Under the pieces are notes generated by a model, which was not told where the DNA came from, made no database searches, and saw only the letters and a program-made list of their open reading frames with translations. A stretch of DNA of 64,000 nucleotides. Origin: an uncultured Gemmatimonadales bacterium (lineage in GTDB: Bacteria > Gemmatimonadota > Gemmatimonadetes > Gemmatimonadales > GWC2-71-9). Made by a program: the position numbers and the translations under genes. The DNA lies in assembly GCA_963771275.1 (NCBI GenBank), contig CAVYSW010000003.1, forward strand, positions 1,312,001 to 1,376,000, in the 5' to 3' direction. Below are positions 55,093 through 64,000 of the stretch, piece by piece (the first letter of the stretch is position 1; every line of letters starts with the position of its first letter).

Positions 55093-56490
55093 TCAGTCCG
55101 GGACGCCGCGGGGCGCCGTGGCCCGGAAGCGCGCGCCGGCCCGCACGACGGCGGGCGCCCAACGCTCGGTCCCCAGCGCGTGCACGTGCGTGTAGGCCGC
55201 CAGCACGTTGCCGCGACACAGCCCGTCTCGCTCGCCGTCGAACCCATGGCCGCGACGCACGCGGAACGCGAAGCGCACGTCCGACGGCGGCGCCGACTGC
55301 ATGTACGTGTAGTGGAACTCGTGGCCGCGGATGGCGTCGCCAACGGAGAAGAAGGGATTGGGCTCCACCGTCTCGAGCACGGCGTAGCCGTGCCCCTGCG
55401 GCTTCGCCCCGAATCCGAACGCCACGGGCAGAATGCCCGTCATCGGGTATTCCCGCTCGTCCATCCGCAGCGTCTCACCGAGGAACACCGCGCCGCCGCA
55501 CTCGGCGTAGACCGGCAGGCCGGCGGCGGCCGACCGGCGGAGCGACGCGCGGAACGGCGCGTTGTCCGCCAGCCTGGGGGCCAGCGTCTCCGGAAAGCCC
55601 CCGCCGATGTACAGCGCGTCCACCTCGGGGAGCCCCGCGTCGCGCAGCGGCGAGATCTCGACCAGCGTCGCGCCGTGCCGGGCAAGCGCTTCGAGGTTCT
55701 CCGGATAGTAGAACTGGAACGCCGCGTCCCGGAACACGCCGACCCGCGCCTCCGCGGAGGGGGGAGCGTCGGCCGTCGGCGCGTCCGGCGGCGTGAGGGC
55801 CGGGGCCGCCTGGGCCAGCTGCCAGATCGCCGGCAGGTCCAGATGGCGCTGCGCCACATCGGCGACCTGCGCGAGGGCGTGTGCCCACTGGTCGTGCTCC
55901 TGCGGCGGCACGAGTCCCAGGTGGCGCTCCGGCAGGAGCGGCCGCGGCATCCGGGGTACGGCGCCGACGACCGGCAGACCGCAGACCTGGCGGATTGCCT
56001 CCCTGAGGACCGCCTCGTGGCGCGGGCCGGCCGTCTGATTCAGCACCACGCCGCGGAGCGGCACCAGCGGGTCGAGCTGCTGGCAGCCGAGCACCACCGC
56101 CGCCACGGTCCGTGTCGCCTTGGTGACGTCGACCACCAGGATGACCGGAGTCTGCAGCAGCTTGGCCAGCTCGGCCGTGCTGACGGTCCCCGCGGCGTCC
56201 GCGCCGTCGAACAGGCCGCGGTTGCCCTCGATGACGGCCGCATCGGCCTGTGCCGCCGCGGCGATGAACGACCGCCGGACGGTCTCGGGGGGCATGAGGA
56301 ACAGATCGAGGTTGCGGCACGGCACGCCAGCCGCCAGCGACAGCCAGGCCGCGTCGATGTAGTCGGGTCCCTTCTTGCAGGGCACCACCGTACGGCCCTG
56401 GCGACGCCAGGCCGTAAGGAGGCCCAGCGAGATCAGCGTCTTGCCGCCGCCTCCCCGCGTGCCCGCGACGAGAACCCGGGGAATGCGCAC
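55093..56490 (-). CDS. dsrN: DsrN, cobyrinate a,c-diamide synthase-like siroheme amidase
   Basis: GGGGKT, KKGPDYIDA, EGNRGLFDG, PERHLGL, FQFYYPEN, GGGFPE, YAECGG, GHEFHY; follows dsrL. Confidence 0.9.
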   Translation of the reverse strand: MRIPRVLVAGTRGGGGKTLISLGLLTAWRRQGRTVVPCKKGPDYIDAAWLSLAAGVPCRNLDLFLMPPETVRRSFIAAAAQADAAVIEGNRGLFDGADAAGTVSTAELAKLLQTPVILVVDVTKATRTVAAVVLGCQQLDPLVPLRGVVLNQTAGPRHEAVLREAIRQVCGLPVVGAVPRMPRPLLPERHLGLVPPQEHDQWAHALAQVADVAQRHLDLPAIWQLAQAAPALTPPDAPTADAPPSAEARVGVFRDAAFQFYYPENLEALARHGATLVEISPLRDAGLPEVDALYIGGGFPETLAPRLADNAPFRASLRRSAAAGLPVYAECGGAVFLGETLRMDEREYPMTGILPVAFGFGAKPQGHGYAVLETVEPNPFFSVGDAIRGHEFHYTYMQSAPPSDVRFAFRVRRGHGFDGERDGLCRGNVLAAYTHVHALGTERWAPAVVRAGARFRATAPRGVPD

Positions 56491-56494
56491 GGGC

Positions 56495-58177
56495 TCACGC
56501 CATTTCGATGAAGCCGCACGGGCAGATCTCTGCGCACTTGCTGCATCCCGTGCAGTTTCCCAGCTTGAACCCGTACAGCAAGCCCTTCTGCATCGGCTTG
56601 TCGATCGCCTGGTCCTGGCAGTACATCCAGCATTTCTCGCAGTCGAAGCAGTAGCCGCAGCTCATGCAGCGCCGCGACTCGTCGAGCGCCTGCTCCGGCG
56701 TGAGGCCCAGGTTCACTTCCTTGTCCACCGCCTGAAGGCGCTGGCCCACCTCGAGCGCGCTCGGCTCGTTCCGCTCCCGCTTCTCGTAATGATCCAGCAG
56801 CATCCGGTCGGTCCGGATGACCGTCATCTTGTCCTCTTCGAGCGGCTTGCCGAGGAAGCGGCGCTCGATCGCTTCGGCGGCGCGCCGGCCGTGGCCGACG
56901 GCGGTCGTGACGAGGTCGAGCTGGGTCACGTCGCCCCCCGCCCAGATGCCGGCGACCTTCGTCGCCCCCTCCGCATCGACCTGCACCCAGTCCTTGCCCT
57001 CGATGAGCATCTCGAAGCCGCTGAAATCGGGGGCCTGGCTCACGGCAGAAATCACCGCGCTGGCGGGGATCTCGAACTCGGAGCCCTGGATCGGGACGGG
57101 ACGCCGGCGGCCGGAGGAGTCCGGCTCGCCCAGCTCCATGCGGATGCAGCGCATCGCCGTGACCAGAGCGCCTTCCTTCCGGAAGCCGACCGGGGCGGCC
57201 AGGAACTCGATCTTGATCCCCTCCTTGATCGCTTCCTCAACCTCCTCCTTGATGGCCGGCATCTCGGCGAGCGTGCGGCGGTACAGGATCGTCACGTTCG
57301 CGCCGAGCCGCTTGCAGATCCGCGCCGCGTCGATCGCCGTGTCCCCGCCCCCGACGATGATGACGACCACGTCCTTCCCCAGGCTGAGCTGCTCTCCATG
57401 GTGGAAGCGGCTGAGGAAGTCGACGCCCGAGAACACGTTGGGGGCGTCCTCGCCGTCGACGCCCAGGCGCACGCCCTGCTGGGCGCCGAGCGCGACGTAG
57501 ACCGCGTCGTACGACCGCTTCAGCTCGTCGAGGCTCGGCGCCTTCCCGATCTTCGCGCCGCACTTGAGATCGACGCCCAGATCGAGGATCCGCTGGATCT
57601 CGGCGTCGAGCACCGATTCCGGCAGACGGTATCCGGGGATGCCCCACCGCAGCATGCCGCCGGGCTTTTCCAGGGCCTCGAACACCGTCACGCCGTACCC
57701 GCGACGAGCCAGCTGATAGGCGCAGGAGAGGCCGCTGGGGCCGGCGCCGATGATCGCGACCTTCTGCGGTCGCTTGTCGTCGGTCAGCCGCTTGAGCTTG
57801 AGATCGTGTGCGATCCCGAAGTCCCCGATCGCCCGCTCGACCTTGTTGATGCTGACCGCCCCTTCGAGCTCTTTGCGGTTGCACTCGGTCTCGCATGGAG
57901 CCGGGCACACCCGGCCGCACACGGCGGGGAACGGGCTGGTATCCGTGTAGATCTCCCACGCCTGCGCGAATGCCTGGTCGGTCGTCTTTCCCAGGCGCTC
58001 GGCCTGGGCGATCGTGGTGAGAAACTCCCGAATGCGGTTGCCACTCGGACAGGTATGCCGGCAGGGCGGCTTCTTCTCGACGTGCCTCGGCCGGAGCGGC
58101 GACTGCTCGCGCTGGCCGCCCCCGCCGAAGCTCCGCGTCGCGAAGCCCGTCTTCTTCTTCTTCACGATTTTCGCCAC
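56495..58177 (-). CDS. dsrL: DsrL NAD(P)H:Fe-S flavoprotein (DsrL-2 type)
   Basis: PPCRHTCP, CGRVCPAPCE, GAGPSG, GGGDTA, YRR motif; C-terminal ferredoxin CMSCG.CFDCEKC...CTGCSKCAEICPCG; between dsrD and dsrN. Confidence 0.9.
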   Translation of the reverse strand: MAKIVKKKKTGFATRSFGGGGQREQSPLRPRHVEKKPPCRHTCPSGNRIREFLTTIAQAERLGKTTDQAFAQAWEIYTDTSPFPAVCGRVCPAPCETECNRKELEGAVSINKVERAIGDFGIAHDLKLKRLTDDKRPQKVAIIGAGPSGLSCAYQLARRGYGVTVFEALEKPGGMLRWGIPGYRLPESVLDAEIQRILDLGVDLKCGAKIGKAPSLDELKRSYDAVYVALGAQQGVRLGVDGEDAPNVFSGVDFLSRFHHGEQLSLGKDVVVIIVGGGDTAIDAARICKRLGANVTILYRRTLAEMPAIKEEVEEAIKEGIKIEFLAAPVGFRKEGALVTAMRCIRMELGEPDSSGRRRPVPIQGSEFEIPASAVISAVSQAPDFSGFEMLIEGKDWVQVDAEGATKVAGIWAGGDVTQLDLVTTAVGHGRRAAEAIERRFLGKPLEEDKMTVIRTDRMLLDHYEKRERNEPSALEVGQRLQAVDKEVNLGLTPEQALDESRRCMSCGYCFDCEKCWMYCQDQAIDKPMQKGLLYGFKLGNCTGCSKCAEICPCGFIEMA

Positions 58178-58285
58178 GGCTCCCTCACCCGGCCCATTCA
58201 AGAGCCCGTTCGGCCGCGCGCACTCCGGGCCGGTGACGGCCCGAGAGCACGCGACGCCTGTCCCGACCCGACTGCGGTCCGAGAC

Positions 58286-58543
58286 TTACTGGGTTTCGCC
58301 TCCCGCAGCCCCTTCGGCGTGCGGGATCTCGATGAAGCTGCCCCCGAAATAGGTGTAGACACACCTGCCGGAGTCGATCAGGATCCGAATGGCGCTCTTG
58401 CACAGCTGCTTGTCACATTCGGCTTCCCCGAACTGCTGGATCATCGCCTTGGTCAAGTCGCCGGCCTTGAACTTCTTCTTGCCCTGATACTCCTTGACCA
58501 TCGCGTACATGGCGTCCGCGACTGCTTCGGTCGTGGCGGCCAT
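58286..58543 (-). CDS. dsrD: DsrD-like small protein
   Basis: 85 aa directly after dsrB; KKKFK..DL, K.AIR.LIDSG...YTYFGGS pattern. Confidence 0.8.
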   Translation of the reverse strand: MAATTEAVADAMYAMVKEYQGKKKFKAGDLTKAMIQQFGEAECDKQLCKSAIRILIDSGRCVYTYFGGSFIEIPHAEGAAGGETQ

Positions 58544-58553
58544 CGTGCACCTC

Positions 58554-59624
58554 CTAGAGTCGAATCTGCGCCGACCGCTTGTAGCTCAGGCCCGCGTACC
58601 TGAAGTCGTCGATGTGCTCCTTCTGGAACTCGATGCCCGTGAGCTTGAAGAAGCGGGGCCAGCCGATGCGCTCGATGAACTCCCCCATCCGCTCAAATTT
58701 CCGCGCGTGCTTGGCCCACACGTCCACGATGTTCCGGACGGCATCGACGACCTCCGGCCAACGCGGCGGGTTGTTCGGCAGGAAGGGAATCGCGAGCTTC
58801 GAGAACCGGGGCTCGACCCGGGCGTTGGAGACCTTGCCGCCCACCCAGATCGAGAGGCCGTCGTTCAGCGGGTCGGCCAGCGGCAGCGCCGGGCAGACCG
58901 AGAAGCAGTTGGCGCAGAACATGCAATTCTCTTCCTCGATCTCGACCGACGGCGCCCCGTCCACGGTCACCGGGCGAATCGCCGCCGTGGGGCAGGACGC
59001 GATGACGTTGGGGATCTCGCAGACCTTGTTCAAGCCGCGCTGCACCCGCGGCGGCCGGCGGTGAATCCCCAGAATCGCGATGTCGGAGCAGTGCACCGCT
59101 CCGCACATGTTGAGGCAGCACGCCAGCGCGATCCGCAGCTTCCCCGGCAGCTCGCGGCTGGTGAAGTGATGACAGAGCTCATCCATCACGCACTTCACCA
59201 CGCCCGACGCGTCGGTCGCGGCGGAGTGGCAGTGCACCCACCCCTGTGTGTGCACCACGTTGGAGATCGTGTTGCCGATGCCGCCCACCGGATGCCCGAG
59301 CTTCTTGAGGTCGGCGATCAGCGGCTCGACCTTGGACTGGTCGGTGAGCAGGAACTCGACGTTGTTGCGGCTGGTGAACCGCAGGTGGCCGCCGCAGTAC
59401 TTGTCGGCCAGGTCCGCGAACGCCCGGATCCGCGTGATGCTCAGCAACCGGGGCGACGCGGCCCGCACCGTGAAGAGCTTGTCGCCGGATTCGGCGACGT
59501 GCACCATCACGCCGGGCTTCAGAATTTCGTGGTACTTCCACGTCCCGTAGTTCTTCTTGATGACGGGTGGAAGAAACTGCTCGTAGTTCGGAGGCCCGAT
59601 ATCGGTAATTCGTTCCGTTGCCAT
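58554..59624 (-). CDS. dsrB: Dissimilatory sulfite reductase beta subunit
   Basis: [55 protein letters not shown]. Confidence 0.97.
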   Translation of the reverse strand: MATERITDIGPPNYEQFLPPVIKKNYGTWKYHEILKPGVMVHVAESGDKLFTVRAASPRLLSITRIRAFADLADKYCGGHLRFTSRNNVEFLLTDQSKVEPLIADLKKLGHPVGGIGNTISNVVHTQGWVHCHSAATDASGVVKCVMDELCHHFTSRELPGKLRIALACCLNMCGAVHCSDIAILGIHRRPPRVQRGLNKVCEIPNVIASCPTAAIRPVTVDGAPSVEIEEENCMFCANCFSVCPALPLADPLNDGLSIWVGGKVSNARVEPRFSKLAIPFLPNNPPRWPEVVDAVRNIVDVWAKHARKFERMGEFIERIGWPRFFKLTGIEFQKEHIDDFRYAGLSYKRSAQIRL

Positions 59625-59690
59625 CTCTCGTTCTCCCAAGCAAATCGTCAATCGTCGGCTGCCTGGACGTATTGGGGCCCAACCGGGGCG

Positions 59691-60911
59691 CTACGGGGCA
59701 GCGGCCTCCTCCTCCTCTTCCTCGCCTTCCTCGAAGTACTCCTCGTAGAAGACGTAGGGGTTCTCTCTGGGGTGGGCGATCATCTCGGGGACCGGCTCCA
59801 GCTCGATCGCCTCGAGGAAGTTGGCCAGACCCACGCGCTGCATGAGCTCCCCAACCCGCTCCCGGTTCTTGCCGTTCTCGCTCCAGAAGTCCCAGATGCG
59901 CCCGACAAGGTCCTTCAGCTCCTGGTAGGGCGGCTCGAGCTTCATGAAGGGAACCAAAACCGACGACAGCAGGGCCCCCTGGACGATCGGGGCCTTGGCG
60001 CCGAGCAGGATGGTGGCGCCGCGATCGATGCCCGGGCGCAGCGCCTTCGGCATGGCGTTGATGCAGTGCATGCACTTGACGCAGTTCTCATCGTCGATCG
60101 TGAGCTTCTTGCCGTCCCATTCCATACAGTGGGTGGGGCAGTGATTGCACACGTCCTTCTGGATGTCGAGCCCCGTCTTGGCCGCGGCCTGCACCTCGGC
60201 CTGGTCGATCCGGATCTGGTCGCGCCACGTGCCGATGATCGACATGTCCGCCCGCGCGATCGACGCCACGCAGTCGTTGGGGCAGCCGGCGCACTTGAAC
60301 TTGAACTTGTACGGGAACGCCGGACGGTGCAGCTCGTCCTGGAACGTGTGGGTCAGGTCGTTGGTGAGGTGCAGCGTGTCGTAGCAGGCCCACTCGCACC
60401 GCGCCGGCCCGACGCAGCCGCTGGGCGTCCGCATGTCGGAGCCCGAGCCGCCGAGGTCGAAGCCCGCCTCGGTCAGCTCCTTGAAGGTCGGCTCGAGCTG
60501 ATCGGTCGTTGTGCCGAGCAGGATGATGTCACCCGTGGAGCCGTGCATGTTGGTGAGACCGGATCCGTGACGCTCCCAGATGTCGCAGATCGTGCGCAGC
60601 GCCTTCGAGGTGTAGAACCAGCCGCTCGGCATGTTCACGCGCAGCGTGTGGAAATGCGCGATCTTGGGAAACTGGTCCGGCAAGTCGTTGTAGCGACCGA
60701 TCACGCCGCCGCCGTACCCCAGCACGCCGACGATCCCGCCGTGCTTCCAGTGGCCCATCTTCTCGTTGTACGACCGCTCGAGGAGCTGCAGCAGTTGCCC
60801 GGCCTGCTCCTTGGTCGCGGCCGCCTCCTTGATCTGCGTGACGAAGCTGGGCCAGGGTCCGGTCTCCAGCTCGTCCAGTAACGGCGTACCGTTGCTACCT
60901 GACTGAGCCAT
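59691..60911 (-). CDS. dsrA: Dissimilatory sulfite reductase alpha subunit
   Basis: [65 protein letters not shown]. Confidence 0.97.
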   Translation of the reverse strand: MAQSGSNGTPLLDELETGPWPSFVTQIKEAAATKEQAGQLLQLLERSYNEKMGHWKHGGIVGVLGYGGGVIGRYNDLPDQFPKIAHFHTLRVNMPSGWFYTSKALRTICDIWERHGSGLTNMHGSTGDIILLGTTTDQLEPTFKELTEAGFDLGGSGSDMRTPSGCVGPARCEWACYDTLHLTNDLTHTFQDELHRPAFPYKFKFKCAGCPNDCVASIARADMSIIGTWRDQIRIDQAEVQAAAKTGLDIQKDVCNHCPTHCMEWDGKKLTIDDENCVKCMHCINAMPKALRPGIDRGATILLGAKAPIVQGALLSSVLVPFMKLEPPYQELKDLVGRIWDFWSENGKNRERVGELMQRVGLANFLEAIELEPVPEMIAHPRENPYVFYEEYFEEGEEEEEEAAAP

Positions 60912-60959
60912 CGGTATCTCCTCTTGCGTGGAATGATGGCGTTTCTGCCGGCGGTCGTT

Positions 60960-62120
60960 TCACGTCACCACCAACCGCTCTCTGACACCCAGCACGACCT
61001 TGTACAGCACCGTCAATGCGAGACATCCGACGGCGTACACGCCCACGGCGATCGCGATCTCGGGGGCCGTCGGGGCATACTCGGTGATCTCGCCGAGCGG
61101 TGACGGAATGAAGCCCGTCACCACCATGGCGAGGCCCTTCTCGATCCAGATGGCGGCGATCACGCCGCCGCAGAGCATCGCCAGATACTTCTCCCGCCGG
61201 CGCACGGCGGGCACCAGCAGGAACAGCACACAGGTCACCGTGAGCAGCTGGCCGACCCAGACCCACGGCGTCAGCGCGGCATGCCCCTCCAGTCCCACGA
61301 AGAGGTAGGCGAAGGCCTCGACGTGATCGGGGATGTTGCTGTAGAGGCCGGTGAACAGCTCCAGCAGGACGAAGAACAGGTTGATCGCCATCGCGTACGC
61401 GACGATCACGCCGAGCTTCTGCACGGCCTCCTGGCCCGGATCGAAGCGCGTGAAGCGCCGCAGCAGCAGCGCCAGCAGGATCAACAGGCTGGGACCCGAG
61501 GCGAACGCCGAAGCCAGGAACCGGGGCGCCAGAATCGCCGTCATCCAGAACGGCCGGGCTTCGAGGCCGGCATACAAGAAGGCGGTGACGGTGTGGATGC
61601 TGACGGCCCACGGGATCGACAGGTAGATCAGCGGCCTGACCCACCTGGGCGGCGGGACGTCTTTGCGCTCGGCCTCGAGCGTCACGCCGCCGATCACGGC
61701 GTTCAACACGAGGTAGCCGGACAGCACCAGCACGTCCCAAAACATCACCGAGCTGGGACGGGGGTGCAGCAGCACGTTCATCACCCGCGCCGGCTGGCCC
61801 ATGTCGACGAACACGAACAGCATGCACATCAGCACCGCCGACACGGCCAGGAACTCGCCCAGAATCACCATCCGGGCGAACGCCTTGGTGTGGTGCAGGT
61901 AGTAGGGCAGAACGACCATGACCGCGGACGCGGCCACCCCGACGAGGAACGTGAACTGCGCGATGTAGAGGCCCCACGCGACGTCCCGGCTCATGCCCGT
62001 GATGTGCAGGCCCTCGCGCAGCTGGTAGCCGTAGGCGGCGAGACCGACCAGCACGAGGGTCCCCCAGAGGCCCAGGAGCAGCCAGTAGCGCTTGCTTCCA
62101 CGGAACGCGTTCTGCAGCAT
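60960..62120 (-). CDS. dsrP: DsrP (NrfD/PsrC family membrane subunit)
   Basis: TGMSRDVAWGLYIAQFTFLVGVAASA, SIPWAVSIHTVTAFL, APRFLASAF. Confidence 0.93.
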   Translation of the reverse strand: MLQNAFRGSKRYWLLLGLWGTLVLVGLAAYGYQLREGLHITGMSRDVAWGLYIAQFTFLVGVAASAVMVVLPYYLHHTKAFARMVILGEFLAVSAVLMCMLFVFVDMGQPARVMNVLLHPRPSSVMFWDVLVLSGYLVLNAVIGGVTLEAERKDVPPPRWVRPLIYLSIPWAVSIHTVTAFLYAGLEARPFWMTAILAPRFLASAFASGPSLLILLALLLRRFTRFDPGQEAVQKLGVIVAYAMAINLFFVLLELFTGLYSNIPDHVEAFAYLFVGLEGHAALTPWVWVGQLLTVTCVLFLLVPAVRRREKYLAMLCGGVIAAIWIEKGLAMVVTGFIPSPLGEITEYAPTAPEIAIAVGVYAVGCLALTVLYKVVLGVRERLVVT

Positions 62121-62165
62121 GGTAATTACGTCTTTGCTCCCTCCCGGTAATCGTCCCGACCGACC

Positions 62166-62969
62166 CTACACGATGTAGAACACGTTCGGCCCGGTTCCCA
62201 GGCCGACCCTGCGGGCGATGGTATTGCGCTCGCGCAGCATGCGATTCACCGCAGAGTCCGGCTCGGCCAGGTTTCCGAACGTCAACGCCCCCTCACCCCC
62301 GGGCACGCGGCTGGCGGCCTCCACGCAGGCAGGCGGCTTGCCGTCGCGGAGCCGCTCGGCGCAAAACGTGCACTTCTCCACGACGCCCTTGGTACGCGTG
62401 GGGTAGTCCGACGGCAGCGCGCCGTGCTCGTCGCGCTCGAGATACGGCCGCGGATCCCGCCAGTTGAAGCTCCGCGAGCCGTACGGGCACGCGGCGATGC
62501 AGTAGCGACAGCCGATGCAGCGGTGCATGTCCATCATCACGATCCCGTCCTGCTCGCGCTTCCAGGTGGCCCCGGTGGGACACACCTTGACGCAGGGCGG
62601 GTTGGTGCAGTGGTTGCAGAGCACCAGCACCGGGAGGACCCGCGTGACGGCGGCCGTGTGCGCGTGCACCTGATCGGGAAACACGTGCTGGTATTCCTCG
62701 GTCCAGATCCACTTGACCTCGTCGGCCGGATCCGAAATGCGGGGCACGTTGTGCTCCCGATCGCAGGCCTCGATACAGGCGCGGCGCACGTCCTCGCGCA
62801 GGCACTTCTCGGTATCGATGATCATGGCCCACTGGCTGCGGGGCACGGCCGCGTCGGCCGGGGCCTGCCCGCGCGCCGCGCAGGCGGCGTCGAGTAGAGG
62901 GAATCCGCAGCCCACACCAAGTGCCGTGAAGCTCAGCTCCTTGAGGAAACGGCGTCGGCTCTCATCCAT
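62166..62969 (-). CDS. dsrO: DsrO Tat-exported Fe-S protein
   Basis: SRRRFLK Tat signal; CNHCTNPPCVKVCP, CIGCRYCIAACP, KCTFC. Confidence 0.93.
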   Translation of the reverse strand: MDESRRRFLKELSFTALGVGCGFPLLDAACAARGQAPADAAVPRSQWAMIIDTEKCLREDVRRACIEACDREHNVPRISDPADEVKWIWTEEYQHVFPDQVHAHTAAVTRVLPVLVLCNHCTNPPCVKVCPTGATWKREQDGIVMMDMHRCIGCRYCIAACPYGSRSFNWRDPRPYLERDEHGALPSDYPTRTKGVVEKCTFCAERLRDGKPPACVEAASRVPGGEGALTFGNLAEPDSAVNRMLRERNTIARRVGLGTGPNVFYIV

Positions 62970-62972
62970 CGC

Positions 62973-63353
62973 TCAGTTTCCTTTGGGCTCGATGTGACAG
63001 TTCCAGCACGTCAGCTCCACGCCGGCGTAGCTGTGGCAGCGGTCGCAGAACGTCGAGCCGTCGCTGTGGCAGCGCATGCACGTTCCCGTGAGGCTCATGA
63101 GGTACGACTTGCCCGACGTCGCGACGTAGTCTTTCTCGCCGTCCCGCACGACCGCGTTGCGCCACTGCTGCAGCAGGGCCACGTGCTGCGTCGTCATGTA
63201 CGCGCTGTCCTCGACGCACGCGGGCTCGCCCTCCGGCCGCTCCAGCTCGGGTCGGGGAGCGGAGCCGTCGGGGCCGAGCGCGTACCAGATCGGAAAGGCC
63301 GCGAGCGCGACGAACACGGCCAGCCCGGCGGTGATCCGCGTCCGGTCACGCAT
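62973..63353 (-). CDS. dsrJ: DsrJ triheme cytochrome c
   Basis: N-terminal TM; CVE...H...WR..VVR; SLTGTCMRCH, CDRCH, CWNCH. Confidence 0.93.
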   Translation of the reverse strand: MRDRTRITAGLAVFVALAAFPIWYALGPDGSAPRPELERPEGEPACVEDSAYMTTQHVALLQQWRNAVVRDGEKDYVATSGKSYLMSLTGTCMRCHSDGSTFCDRCHSYAGVELTCWNCHIEPKGN

Positions 63354-64000
63354 CGGCGGACGCTCCCTCCTCCGAGCCCGGTTCCCCGTCTGTCGCCATG
63401 CCGGGGATCGGCTCGAGTCGCAGGTTGTGCGTGCGCCGCTTCTCGCCCTTGAACACGGTGGCGTTGGCGACGAGCTCGCAGATGCCCGTCACCTTGACGC
63501 CAGGGGCCCAGTAGTCGCACACCGTCGGCAGCGTGGCGCGATCGATGGCGCACATGGCGGCCAGCCGGTTGACGCCGTGCCGCTCCTGGACGTAGCGGAC
63601 CGCATTGCCCCGGGGGAGCCCACCGCGGAGCCGCATTTCCATGTTCTCGTCGGTGCCCAGGCCGGCGCCGCCGCCGCAGCAGAACGTCTGTTCGCGGATC
63701 GTGTTTTCCGGCATCTCGAAGAAATGGTTGCACACGTTGCGCAGCACGTACCGGGGTTCCTCGAGGATCCCCATCGCGCGGGCCGGGTTGCAGGAGTCGT
63801 GGAACGTGACGCGGAGGTGGTCGTTGCGCGACGGGTCGAGCTGCAGCTTGCCGTGGCACATCACGTCCGCCAGGAACTCCATGATGTGGACCACCTTGGT
63901 CGAGCGCGCGTGCTCGAACACGGTGCCCGTGACCGGCGAGCGCGGAACCTCCAGGAAGTCGGCGGGCCCGTTCATGGTGTCCATGTACTGGTTGATCACC
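63346..64000 (-). CDS. dsrK: DsrK C-terminal part (5' end beyond the window)
   Basis: NQYMDTMNGP, TFHDSCNPAR, CCGGGAG, CAID; upstream of dsrJOP. Confidence 0.92.
   Translation of the reverse strand, partial: VINQYMDTMNGPADFLEVPRSPVTGTVFEHARSTKVVHIMEFLADVMCHGKLQLDPSRNDHLRVTFHDSCNPARAMGILEEPRYVLRNVCNHFFEMPENTIREQTFCCGGGAGLGTDENMEMRLRGGLPRGNAVRYVQERHGVNRLAAMCAIDRATLPTVCDYWAPGVKVTGICELVANATVFKGEKRRTHNLRLEPIPGMATDGEPGSEEGASADA

Noticed and set aside
55093..56490. Cobalamin biosynthesis cbiA/cobB
   Set aside because: No corrin ring genes are nearby; the dsr context indicates DsrN.
56495..58177. Glutamate synthase small subunit (gltD)
   Set aside because: The C-terminal ferredoxin domain and position between dsrD and dsrN indicate DsrL.
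1..64000. Mobile-element boundaries for the dsr island
   Set aside because: No integrase, transposase, tRNA or flanking direct repeat was recognised in the window.

Overview
High-GC, gene-dense window. The repeated 'RY.IERELG.GGMATVYLA.D..H.R.VA.KV..PELA..LG.ERFLREI' Ser/Thr kinase-TPR genes suggest a Gemmatimonadota-like organism (inference). The left part (1-34.5 kb) is accessory: hydrolases, an Fpg/Nei glycosylase, a disrupted EgtB/OvoA-like gene, an Rrf2-yceI pair with two operator palindromes, a ComEC-MBL/DUF3006/GIY-YIG cassette, a multiheme cytochrome c lipoprotein and three membrane Ser/Thr kinases. It also holds a porin/membrane protein/FMN-binding-like trio and a two-component operon whose output protein is a DHp-REC-Ser/Thr kinase fusion. 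The right part (34.5-64 kb) is a dissimilatory sulfite reduction island: dsrK(partial)-J-O-P-A-B-D-L-N, plus a second dsrMK pair behind a Cys-rich MerR regulator. It carries siroheme genes (cobA-hemD, sirC, cbiX, and an odd ferrochelatase-like/HemA-like fusion) and three sulfur-oxyanion transporter families (TauE+DUF1634, DASS/SLC13, YeiH). It also encodes three cytidylate-kinase-like P-loop proteins, a CBS protein and a phosphorelay with no DNA-binding output whose sensor has an extracytoplasmic CxxCH. Several reading-frame lesions (nonsense codon at 8655, +1 frameshift near 30286, apparent deletion junctions near 11005 and 38328) may be real decay or sequencing/assembly errors. No rRNA, tRNA, CRISPR array or transposase was recognised. 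All family calls come from motif recognition by eye; no searches were run.
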